Below, in pieces: positions 8,292-14,604 of a DNA stretch of 32,000 nt; the stretch's first letter is position 1; every line of letters begins with the position of its first letter. The translations under genes and the position numbers were made by a program. Origin of the DNA: Rhodobacter capsulatus SB 1003 (GTDB lineage Bacteria > Pseudomonadota > Alphaproteobacteria > Rhodobacterales > Rhodobacteraceae); contig NC_014034.1 in assembly GCF_000021865.1 (NCBI RefSeq), positions 1,080,001 through 1,112,000 on the forward strand, given 5' to 3'. The notes below the pieces were generated by a model that saw only the letters and a list, made by a program, of their open reading frames with translations, was not told the origin of the DNA and made no database searches.

Positions 8292-8755
8292 CGGTTCACC
8301 CTCCGACGAGCGGCCAGAGCCGCCCGGCGTGCCTGCATTTCTTCGATGTGTTCTTCGAGAAGCCGCTCTTCGATCAGAGCGGCATATTCATCCTCGATCA
8401 CCGTCAGGCCGAACTCACCCGGCACGAAGCCAAGCAGGTCACGCGCCCCGGTGACCTTGACGAGCGCGATGAAGGCATCGAGCGGGATGCGGTGCTCCTC
8501 AGACCCTTCGGAACACCACTTGTTGAGGATTGCCTCTGACACCGGACGGCCAAGGAACTCAGCCATGTCGCGCGCGATTTGCGCTCTCGACTGACCACTA
8601 TCGCGCGCGTCGCGCAGCGCATGGGCAATGATCCGCGCAATCTTGCTGTCCAGCCGCCCGCGCCCGATGACGTCGGCGCTGTAACCGACGGCAACCTTCT
8701 TCGGCTGCCATTCGAACAGGTCTTTCGTCAGGGGATCACGGTGACGGGGGGGCAT
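8288..8755 (-). CDS. Hypothetical DNA-binding early protein (155 aa)
   Basis: HTH-like SRAQIARDMAEFLGRPVSEAILNKW. ATG 8755. High GC3. Lies between the ParB-like gene and the transposase. Confidence 0.6.
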   Translation of the reverse strand: MPPRHRDPLTKDLFEWQPKKVAVGYSADVIGRGRLDSKIARIIAHALRDARDSGQSRAQIARDMAEFLGRPVSEAILNKWCSEGSEEHRIPLDAFIALVKVTGARDLLGFVPGEFGLTVIEDEYAALIEERLLEEHIEEMQARRAALAARRRVNR

Positions 8756-8756
8756 G

Positions 8757-9608
8757 TCAGATCTTCCCCTGCCGACGCAGGGAGGCGATCACGCGCCCCT
8801 CATGGGCCAAGACCACCCGATCAAGCGTGTGATCGTCCAGCGCCTCGATCGCGCGATGCACCGCCTGGTAGCGCTTTTCGACCTCGCTCGGGCGCGATCC
8901 GGCCTCGATCAGCACCAGCGCATCTGCCACGCTGGCCGCGATCGGCGGATCGCTCAGCAACATGTCCATGATCCGCTCTTGTCGGGCCGGGCTTTGCTCG
9001 GACAGCGCCTTGATTTCCGACTGGTTCGAGGCGGTCTTGGTGCCCACCAGACGGCGGCGGCTGTCAGGCGTCAGGCCGGTCCAGATCTTGACGGCGATGT
9101 TGATCGCGCGCTTCGACATGCCGATTTTTTCGGCCACTTCCGTAGCAAAACCGAAGATTTGCACCTTCTCATCACCGGTGGGAAAAGTTTTCCCACCGCC
9201 GTTTGCGAAGTCAGGGTGCATCCGATCCCAGACCACCTTCAGCTCGTACAGGTGCTGCGCCCGGTCCAGCGCCGTCAGCTCGTTGCGGCCGAGGTTCTCC
9301 AGAACCTCATCCATCCGCGCTTCGTCGGTCGAGCGCTCGGAAAGCACCCGCGCCGGGATCGCCGCGCGCCCCAGCAGCTCGAAGGCGCGCAGCCGGTGCA
9401 GACCGGCGATCAGCACATAGATCGGATGGTCATCGGTGCTCGCAAAATGCGGCTTCACGGTGATCGGGTGCATCAACCCCTGCACCTCGATCAGCCCGGC
9501 CAGCGCCGCAGCGCCGTCCGCATCGAACGACCGCGCCCGATCCTCCGGAACACGGATCGCATCCAGCGCGATGTCAGTGAAAACTTCGGTCGTCATGCCT
9601 GTATCCAT
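8757..9608 (-). CDS. ParB/Srx-fold (ParB-like nuclease domain) protein (283 aa)
   Basis: The ParB N-terminal domain signature is present: MHPITVKP....YVLIAGLHRLRAFELLGRAAIPARVL. Confidence 0.8.
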   Translation of the reverse strand: MDTGMTTEVFTDIALDAIRVPEDRARSFDADGAAALAGLIEVQGLMHPITVKPHFASTDDHPIYVLIAGLHRLRAFELLGRAAIPARVLSERSTDEARMDEVLENLGRNELTALDRAQHLYELKVVWDRMHPDFANGGGKTFPTGDEKVQIFGFATEVAEKIGMSKRAINIAVKIWTGLTPDSRRRLVGTKTASNQSEIKALSEQSPARQERIMDMLLSDPPIAASVADALVLIEAGSRPSEVEKRYQAVHRAIEALDDHTLDRVVLAHEGRVIASLRRQGKI

Positions 9609-9617
9609 CTGAGTTTC

Positions 9618-9809
9618 TCAGCACACGGCGGCTGCGCGCCGCTTCGTGCGTGCCATGCCTGCAGCCAGTTGCAGCTGCAGGCCGATGTCTTTGGTTTCCG
9701 GCTTGGACGCCGCCTCGGCGGCGATCGCATCGACGGCGCTGACGAGCCGAAGATGCATCGCCACCAGGTCGGCGACCTCATGGGCATTCATCGCCACGAT
9801 CCCGACCAT
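9618..9809 (-). CDS. Hypothetical small protein (63 aa)
   Basis: ATG 9809 overlaps the upstream stop (TGATG): MVGIVAMNAHEVADLVAMHLRLVSAVDAIAAEAASK... The longer track ORF (to 9938) overlaps the upstream gene and is rejected. Confidence 0.45.
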   Translation of the reverse strand: MVGIVAMNAHEVADLVAMHLRLVSAVDAIAAEAASKPETKDIGLQLQLAAGMARTKRRAAAVC

Positions 9810-10099
9810 CACCGCCCCCGGCCTTTCGGCAGCTGCGGGCGCACCTCGTCTCTCAGCGCGCCGCCAGCCCCGCGGCACCGGTCGCACAGCCGGTTGTGAA
9901 ACCCCAGCGACAGGAACGGCTTGCGGCAGCACATGCACGAACGGCTTTGCGGCCGTTTCTTTTCGGGGATGGTCTCGAAGTGGCCCTCAAGCCAAGCTTC
10001 GGCCTTCTTCCGGCTGTCAAACTTCGGGGCCTTGCCGCCGACACCGGCGACAGAAAACCCCGCCGAGGTGCTCACGATATGCGGACGATGCTGGGTCAT
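9809..10099 (-). CDS. Small zinc-ribbon-like protein (96 aa)
   Basis: From ATG 10099: MTQHRPHIV...SCMCCRKPFLSLGFHNRLCDRCR, a CxxC...CxxC arrangement. ATGA overlap with the upstream small ORF. Confidence 0.5.
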   Translation of the reverse strand: MTQHRPHIVSTSAGFSVAGVGGKAPKFDSRKKAEAWLEGHFETIPEKKRPQSRSCMCCRKPFLSLGFHNRLCDRCRGAGGALRDEVRPQLPKGRGR

Positions 10100-10221
10100 T
10101 GCTGCACCACCACCGCATAGATGCCCAACCCCCACAGCGCCGTCCCGATCGGCAGGGCCACGATGACGATCAGCACCGTCAGCAGCTGCAGGAGGTCATC
10201 CAGACGCTTGCGGCGCGTCAT
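10096..10221 (-). CDS. Tiny single-pass membrane peptide (41 aa), below the ORF-track cutoff
   Basis: MTRRKRLDDLLQLLTVLIVIVALPIGTALWGLGIYAVVVQQ. The start overlaps the upstream stop (TGATG at 10219..10223) and the stop overlaps the next start (ATGA at 10096..10099). Confidence 0.35.
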   Translation of the reverse strand: MTRRKRLDDLLQLLTVLIVIVALPIGTALWGLGIYAVVVQQ

Positions 10222-10355
10222 CACGGCGCCACCCCGGCGATGCCGCCGAGCCCCCCGGCCAGAAAGCACCCGACCCAGATCGTCAGGACGATAGACGCCG
10301 CGCCGATCACGTCCTCGATCATCTCGACAAGCCCGAAGCGATCCTCACCGCCCAT
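10221..10355 (-). CDS. Tiny single-pass membrane peptide (44 aa), below the ORF-track cutoff
   Basis: MGGEDRFGLVEMIEDVIGAASIVLTIWVGCFLAGGLGGIAGVAP. GC-rich third positions. Overlaps the upstream gene by 11 nt and the downstream one by 1 nt. Confidence 0.35.
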   Translation of the reverse strand: MGGEDRFGLVEMIEDVIGAASIVLTIWVGCFLAGGLGGIAGVAP

Positions 10356-10662
10356 GACCGGCCTCCGTCACCAGCGCCACCGGCATCGCAACGCTCACCG
10401 GATGCGTCATCATCGACGCCACCGCCGCCCGCAGCAGCAGATCTTCACTGACCGCCGCGCGGCCATCCTGCTCATGCGCTTCCGCCACCAGGAACGACTG
10501 GATCTCGCGCAGCGCCTGGGCCAACCGCGACCGCGTCCACTGGTCGGGCGGCAAGCCACCCGACAGAACGGCGATCGCCTCGCCAAGATCACCGGCCGCA
10601 CGCCGAAAACCGGCCGCGGACCCGTCAAGAACGGGCGTGGGTTTGGACGAAATCGGGCTCAT
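10345..10662 (-). CDS. Hypothetical early protein (105 aa)
   Basis: ATG 10662 overlaps the ner stop (ATGA). No domain recognised. Confidence 0.55.
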   Translation of the reverse strand: MSPISSKPTPVLDGSAAGFRRAAGDLGEAIAVLSGGLPPDQWTRSRLAQALREIQSFLVAEAHEQDGRAAVSEDLLLRAAVASMMTHPVSVAMPVALVTEAGHGR

Positions 10663-10952
10663 GCTGCGACTCCCTTGTCAGGATCGAGACCCGCTTTTTT
10701 CCTTGCGATCCGGGCTTCATTCTCGGCAGAAAGAAGCGAGGATTTCCGCATGGGATAACGAGTCGGGAAAAGCTCCGCGGGCGGCACGCCAAGAAAATCG
10801 GCGAGGACCTTCTCGGCAGAGCGGACGGGGCGGCTCCAAACGGACCGCATCTGACTCGGGTTCATGTCGTTGAGGATGGCAAGGCCCGTCAGGGTCATGC
10901 CTTTCTCCTCAAGGGCGCACTTGATCTGGGCTTTCGTCCAGATTTTGCTCAT
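10659..10952 (-). CDS. ner: Ner-like DNA-binding regulator (97 aa)
   Basis: From ATG 10952, with AGGAGG upstream: MSKIWTKAQIKCALEEKGMTLTGLAILNDMNPSQMRSVWSRPVRSAEKVLADFLGVPPAELFPTRYP follows the Mu Ner/Nlp pattern (W....I..AL...G.SL..L ... IA..LG..P..I.P.RY). It is the first gene of the leftward early operon. Confidence 0.8.
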   Translation of the reverse strand: MSKIWTKAQIKCALEEKGMTLTGLAILNDMNPSQMRSVWSRPVRSAEKVLADFLGVPPAELFPTRYPMRKSSLLSAENEARIARKKAGLDPDKGVAA

Positions 10953-11096
10953 CTGGGACCTCCTGGGGAAAGTCGATGTTGGCGCATCGGCTTTTTTCGG
11001 TTTCGTTCGTTGCAATCGTCTGCGGCTCACGCCGCCGACACAGGTAAGGGATAACAGCGCTTCTCTGTTTAGTAAACAGAGAAAGTGAACTTATAG
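10953..11096. promoter_or_regulatory. Immunity switch: divergent promoter/operator region between ner and the repressor gene
   Basis: A 144-bp intergenic region between divergent regulators, AT-richer than its surroundings. It contains a 23-bp perfect palindrome and a T-rich tract (cttttttcggtttcgttcgtt). One candidate early promoter, TTTACT-N17-(TG)TATCCC on the - strand, is weak. Confidence 0.6.
11061..11083. promoter_or_regulatory. Perfect 11+1+11 palindrome TTCTCTGTTTA-G-TAAACAGAGAA (candidate operator)
   Basis: Read directly from the sequence. It lies 14 nt upstream of the repressor ATG and overlaps the candidate -35 of the early promoter. Confidence 0.6.
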
Positions 11097-11813
11097 ATGG
11101 GTAGAAAACCAGTATCAAAAACAGAGTTTTCCCAGAGACTTACGGCGGTCCGTGAGGCGTTAGGGCACGAAAGCAGGAAAGCATTCGCAGGTGTTCTTGG
11201 GATGAACCCAGAGACATTGGGGGGCTACGAGAGGGGAGACACCTCCCCTGACATGCAGTTCCTTGCTCGCTATAAACAGGATTTCGCTGTTAATCTGGAT
11301 TGGCTTATCACCGGTGATGGAGAGATGTTTCAGTCTTCAGCAGGGAGCTCCCAAGGGCTCCCCGCGCCGATCATGGATTTCAGCCAACCGGATTTCGTCA
11401 GATTGCCCGTTTACAACGATGTGCACGCCTCGGCCGGGTCGGGCATGGTGCCCGCCTCAGAACAGGCCGACGGCGTGGTCGCCTTCACCCGCCGTTTCCT
11501 CGCCAACCAGGGCGCAAGACCGGATCACTGCTCGGTCATCTGGGCGCGTGGAACCTCGATGAAGCCGACGATCCCGGACGGCGCGCTTCTCGTCGTCGAT
11601 CACAGCCAGCGCGAAGTCGAGCACGGCTGCATCTACGTCTTCAACGTCTCAGACCGGCTCCTGGTCAAACGCGCCAGATGGCGCCTCGACGGTCGTCTCG
11701 AACTCGTCTCGGACAATGCCGACGAGGGCTATCCGGTCGAGACCTTCGGCGCCGAATCCGTCGATCAACTGCGCGTCGTCGGCCGCGTCGTCTACTTTGG
11801 GAGGACGCCGTGA
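11097..11813 (+). CDS. CI/LexA-type prophage repressor: XRE HTH plus S24 self-cleaving peptidase domain (238 aa)
   Basis: N-terminal HTH (FSQRLTAVREALGHESRKAFAGVLGMNPETLGGYERG). Candidate cleavage site VHASA-GSG (Ala113-Gly114). Ser-Lys dyad in GTSMKPT (Ser154) and LLVKRA (Lys191), with the same 37-residue spacing as in LexA. Confidence 0.85.
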   Translation: MGRKPVSKTEFSQRLTAVREALGHESRKAFAGVLGMNPETLGGYERGDTSPDMQFLARYKQDFAVNLDWLITGDGEMFQSSAGSSQGLPAPIMDFSQPDFVRLPVYNDVHASAGSGMVPASEQADGVVAFTRRFLANQGARPDHCSVIWARGTSMKPTIPDGALLVVDHSQREVEHGCIYVFNVSDRLLVKRARWRLDGRLELVSDNADEGYPVETFGAESVDQLRVVGRVVYFGRTP

Positions 11814-11901
11814 TCGATCAACCGACCGATATAGCCCGCTCGCATGGTTCGGCATCAGCCTCATCGGCGGCGTGCTGGCACCGGCGGCAAAATTTAATCG
11901 C

Positions 11902-11930
11902 TTGACTTACTAACGCTACGTTAGTATAAG
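11902..11930 (+). promoter_or_regulatory. Near-consensus sigma70-type promoter TTGACT-N17-TATAAG, with the palindrome TACTAACG-cta-CGTTAGTA filling the spacer
   Basis: Read directly: -35 at 11902..11907, -10 at 11925..11930, palindrome at 11908..11926. It lies 45 nt upstream of the first cargo gene, whose RBS is GGAGAG. Confidence 0.65.
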
Positions 11931-11974
11931 GGGGCATGCAAACGGGGCATCCCCCCACGGAATGGAGAGCCAAG

Positions 11975-12355
11975 ATGACCAACCGCGCCACCTGCCGCAT
12001 CATCGAGACGCTGGGCAGCCCGACCACCGACGCTGCGATCGGCTGCCTGATTGGCCTCGGCCATCACGAACTGGCCGACAAACTGGCCGCCGCGGAATAT
12101 GACCGCGATTTCTGGCAGCGGTCGCTCGACAAGCTCCCGCGCAATTCCGAGCTGGCGGGCGCCGATGACAACGACAACGCGGATCCCTTCTGGGCGTTTA
12201 AATATAAAGACGTTGCGGCCGGAGACCTCGCATTCTCCAACCTCACGGCAGCCCAGAAAGAGGTCAACCGCCTCTCGGCCGAGGTCGAGGAGATCCGCCA
12301 GCAGATGATCTTGCAGCTTCCGCTCGGCACCTACGAAGATCATCTGGGCCTCTGA
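11975..12355 (+). CDS. Hypothetical protein, cargo operon gene 1 (126 aa)
   Basis: ATG 11975 follows GGAGAG. Strong GC3 bias in frame. The C-terminal part is coiled-coil-like (LTAAQKEVNRLSAEVEEIRQQM). No domain recognised. Confidence 0.6.
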   Translation: MTNRATCRIIETLGSPTTDAAIGCLIGLGHHELADKLAAAEYDRDFWQRSLDKLPRNSELAGADDNDNADPFWAFKYKDVAAGDLAFSNLTAAQKEVNRLSAEVEEIRQQMILQLPLGTYEDHLGL

Positions 12356-12411
12356 CCGCCCTGCCAGTGCGGCCCTACGGGGCTGCACCGCCGGACGATC
12401 AGGAGATGCTG

Positions 12412-12843
12412 ATGGCGCAGTATGACATCAAATATGCCTGCGGCCACACCGCCACCAAGCAGCTGTACGGCAAAGACGCGGATCGGCAGCGCTACATTGC
12501 CTGGGCGGGGCTCAATGCCTCGTGCCCGGCATGTACCGCCGCCAATGCGGCCACAGCATTGGCGGACCTCGAAGCCGAGTATGGGCTGCCTCCCCTCGAC
12601 GGATCGCTCAAACAGATCGACTGGTCTCGTCAGATCCGCGCAGACAAAATTCGGGAGTTTGTGGTGCTGATGGACAAGCAGCGCGCGGCGGTTCGGGAAG
12701 ATAAGCTTGAGCTTTTTGATGTGCAAAATGCAGTGGTCATTACCGCGATGTGCGGCGTGACAGCGGCAAAATGGTGGATCGATCACCGCGATGACGGCGC
12801 TTTTTCGGTGGCGCGTCAGCTGTTTGCCCAGGCCAAGGGGTAA
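12412..12843 (+). CDS. Hypothetical zinc-ribbon protein, cargo operon gene 2 (143 aa)
   Basis: ATG 12412 lies 6 nt after AGGAG. N-terminus YACGH...(26 aa)...CPAC, followed by the motif LDGSLKQIDWSRQIRADKI. No function recognised. Confidence 0.6.
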   Translation: MAQYDIKYACGHTATKQLYGKDADRQRYIAWAGLNASCPACTAANAATALADLEAEYGLPPLDGSLKQIDWSRQIRADKIREFVVLMDKQRAAVREDKLELFDVQNAVVITAMCGVTAAKWWIDHRDDGAFSVARQLFAQAKG

Positions 12844-12845
12844 CC

Positions 12846-13535
12846 ATGCTCATCCGCGACAGTCTGCGCATTACGATTAACAGCCTGCATGGCGGGGCGG
12901 CTGTGCAATTTCCCAAAGACACAACCCTGATCAGCAGTTTCAAAGCGCGCTTTCCGCGGGCGCGGTGGGGATCCGGCACCAGGTCATGGCACATTCCTGG
13001 CAAACTGGCGGCCGCGCGCGCTCAAATATGGGCCGAGGAGCAGTCGGACTATCTCGGCAGGCTCGAAATGGCGGCGCGTGATGCGGAGTGGGCAGATCAG
13101 TCCAAGCCCAGTCCCAGGCCCGCAATCCGGTCGATAATGTGGCACGCGATACCCGGGCAACCGTCTCGGCGCGCTACAGCGGCGCCACCTTCTGGCGACA
13201 TCGAGCGCGCGGTGCGGGCCGTCGAGGATCTGGCGCAGGACACCGTACGCCGCGTGCTTTGGGGATTCCTTTCACCGCCCTTCGGGGTGTGGCAGATCTA
13301 TCCTGCCGGATGGGAGACAGGCTACGGCGATAGCACATACATGGGGTTTTCGACCTGGCACAAGCTGACTGGCGGCACCGGTACGGTGCATTGGCGTTGG
13401 CAGGCCGTTTGCGGCGGCGACACCTGGCAGACAGATGGCTGGATGCCAGATGCCCTGTGGAGTAATCAGGCACTGGCTGGACACCGCGCCAAACTGTGGG
13501 CCGCGATCAATCCCAAACTAGGTATCGTGATATGA
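12846..13535 (+). CDS. Hypothetical Trp-rich protein with DUF5710-like N-terminus, cargo operon gene 3 (229 aa)
   Basis: The N-terminus VQFPKDTTLISSFKARFPRARWGSGTRSWHIPG resembles the small domain found at the N-termini of plasmid TraC-type primases (L.VPF..KD..K..GARWD...K.W.IP). The C-terminal 90 aa are very Trp/Gly rich. Confidence 0.55.
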   Translation: MLIRDSLRITINSLHGGAAVQFPKDTTLISSFKARFPRARWGSGTRSWHIPGKLAAARAQIWAEEQSDYLGRLEMAARDAEWADQSKPSPRPAIRSIMWHAIPGQPSRRATAAPPSGDIERAVRAVEDLAQDTVRRVLWGFLSPPFGVWQIYPAGWETGYGDSTYMGFSTWHKLTGGTGTVHWRWQAVCGGDTWQTDGWMPDALWSNQALAGHRAKLWAAINPKLGIVI

Positions 13536-13732
13536 CCGAGCTAACCATTTCGCCAATCAACGACCCTCGGCCGTTTTCGGATGTCCTGCGGACATGGCTC
13601 GATGCTCGCCAAATCACCGCGTACGCGGCTGCGCCCATACTGGGCACGACGCAACAGTCGATCGGGCGCTGGCTTTCTGGTCAGCCCTGTGCCCACGAGC
13701 GGGCGTATCGGGCGCTGCTGTCCATCTCGTAA
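13532..13732 (+). CDS. Small HTH protein, cargo operon gene 4 (66 aa)
   Basis: ATG 13532 overlaps the gene 3 stop (ATGA). HTH-like ITAYAAAPILGTTQQSIGRWLSGQ. Confidence 0.5.
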   Translation: MTELTISPINDPRPFSDVLRTWLDARQITAYAAAPILGTTQQSIGRWLSGQPCAHERAYRALLSIS

Positions 13733-13756
13733 CTGCATCCCAGTTCGACAACGGAT

Positions 13757-13925
13757 CGCTCTGCGTATTGTCGTGCTTTAATTGACGTCAGGATTGCCGT
13801 TTGCAGTCGATTCCTGACGCTTCCACCGGCGAGATAGACTGCCGACCTTAGTCGCCGTGCCGCCTCACCGAATGGCTATACATTTCTTTTACTATTCAGC
13901 GCTTTGCCTGTTTTCCGCGTGACCA
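13757..13925. repeat. Two imperfect direct repeats, candidate MuA-binding end sites; candidate prophage terminus at ...GTGACCA (13925)
   Basis: 13757..13776 reads cgctctgcgtattgtcgtgc and 13900..13925 reads cgctttgcctgttttccgcgtgacca. They share CGCTYTGC..GT.TT..CGTG. The reverse complement of the outer copy (TGGTCACGCGGAAAACAGGCAAAGCG) resembles the Mu R1 end (TGAAGCGGCGCACGAAAAACGCGAAAGCG) and starts with the Mu-type TG. Confidence 0.3.
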
Positions 13926-13957
13926 TATGCAAGGTCGGCACCGTTTGCCGACCTTGC
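13840..13957. repeat. Three copies of the 10-mer TGCCGACCTT (one inverted); two form a perfect 12-bp-stem hairpin at 13929..13957
   Basis: Copies at 13840..13849 (direct), 13931..13940 (inverted) and 13946..13955 (direct). The hairpin is gcaaggtcggca-ccgtt-tgccgaccttgc. Confidence 0.7.
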
Positions 13958-14604
13958 CATGCCCAAGACCGGCGCAGCAGCCTTTGCGATCATCCTCTAT
14001 GGCGCCTTTTATCCTTTATCCGCCAATATGTTACCATCTGCGGCCGGATGCAGTCTCTTTAGCGCTTTTCTGTCAGGAAATGTCGCCCCAATGTCGAGTT
14101 TTTCCGCCACTTTCGACACCAACTTGCAATCTTCTGCATGTCCTCGATGCATCCAAAAACGTCATATGTGTCAACGTTTTCAGCGCGTTCCACATCGCGC
14201 CTCGGGGTCGTCGCCTCGTCCGGAAGGTAGTCCCCCCCTACATATACTGCCATCGCCGCCAAGATGGCGCGCACCATTCACGCCGTGATCAAGTCCGGCG
14301 AACCCTATCGCCCCTTCTTCGAGGGGGCGAGCCCAGGCGGAAGGACCCCTCTCTGTAGAGCCGTGGAGGCAGCTTCCTGACCTCGTAGATAATGTTCGCC
14401 ATCGTCGGGGAAACGATCCCCCGGATCGTTCCCTGATCCTCCTCTGTCCGCTTGGGATTTCGGATCTCGTCTTGAGGACGGTGAGGGCGGCAATCAGGCC
14501 GACCCTGTATTTGCTATGGAAGAGACCACTTCTTGACGGCGGAGCCCGCCTGGGCAACTATTCAACAGGTACCCGGTCGCTCGGATGCCCCGTGATCTGA
14601 TGCC

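Larger units (their letters stand above)
1..13925 (-). mobile_element. Mu-like transposable prophage, immunity/early/middle arm; continues left of the window; right boundary is approximate
   Basis: Colinear Mu-type gene order read on the - strand: ner, A (DDE transposase), B (AAA ATPase), gam, gemA, mor, lysozyme. A divergent repressor sits at the right. No tRNA or integrase is present, which fits transposition rather than site-specific integration. The end is placed at candidate terminal repeats 13757..13925. Confidence 0.8.

Noticed and set aside
6123-8594. An 823-aa ORF on the + strand, the longest in the track
   Set aside because: It is antisense to the MuA transposase and the upstream gene. 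Its translation is Arg/Gly/His/Pro-rich and low-complexity, with no recognisable motif. It is a typical shadow ORF of high-GC DNA, while the - strand frame shows clear DDE transposase motifs.
10973-10999. Terminator-like CGATG-ttggcg-CATCG followed by CTTTTTT on the + strand, upstream of ner
   Set aside because: The stem is only 5 bp, and the element is on the wrong strand to terminate any annotated gene. The T tract is more likely a bendable or AT-rich part of the operator region.
10953-11096. LexA (SOS) box in the immunity switch
   Set aside because: The nearest candidate, GTTCGTTGCAATCGT, does not fit the alphaproteobacterial GTTC-N7-GTTC direct repeat. No GAAC-N7-GAAC is present either.
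11069-11097. + strand promoter TTTAGT-N18-TATAGA for a leaderless repressor mRNA
   Set aside because: The -10 would overlap the repressor ATG itself (11097), so transcription would start downstream of the start codon. The repressor promoter must lie elsewhere, and I could not place it confidently.
14059-14277. A 72-aa - strand ORF with a vaguely HEPN/DUF86-like stretch (YDVFGCIEDMQKIASW)
   Set aside because: The resemblance is weak, no RxxxH motif is present, and the ORF overlaps the possible HicB-like remnant on the other strand. I left it uncalled pending a database search.
14300-14600. Group II intron or retron-like structured RNA (GAGCCGT... and several short hairpins)
   Set aside because: No domain V-like 34-nt helix can be folded from GAGCCGTGGAGGCAGCTTCC. 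No reverse transcriptase ORF is nearby. The hairpins are short and imperfect.
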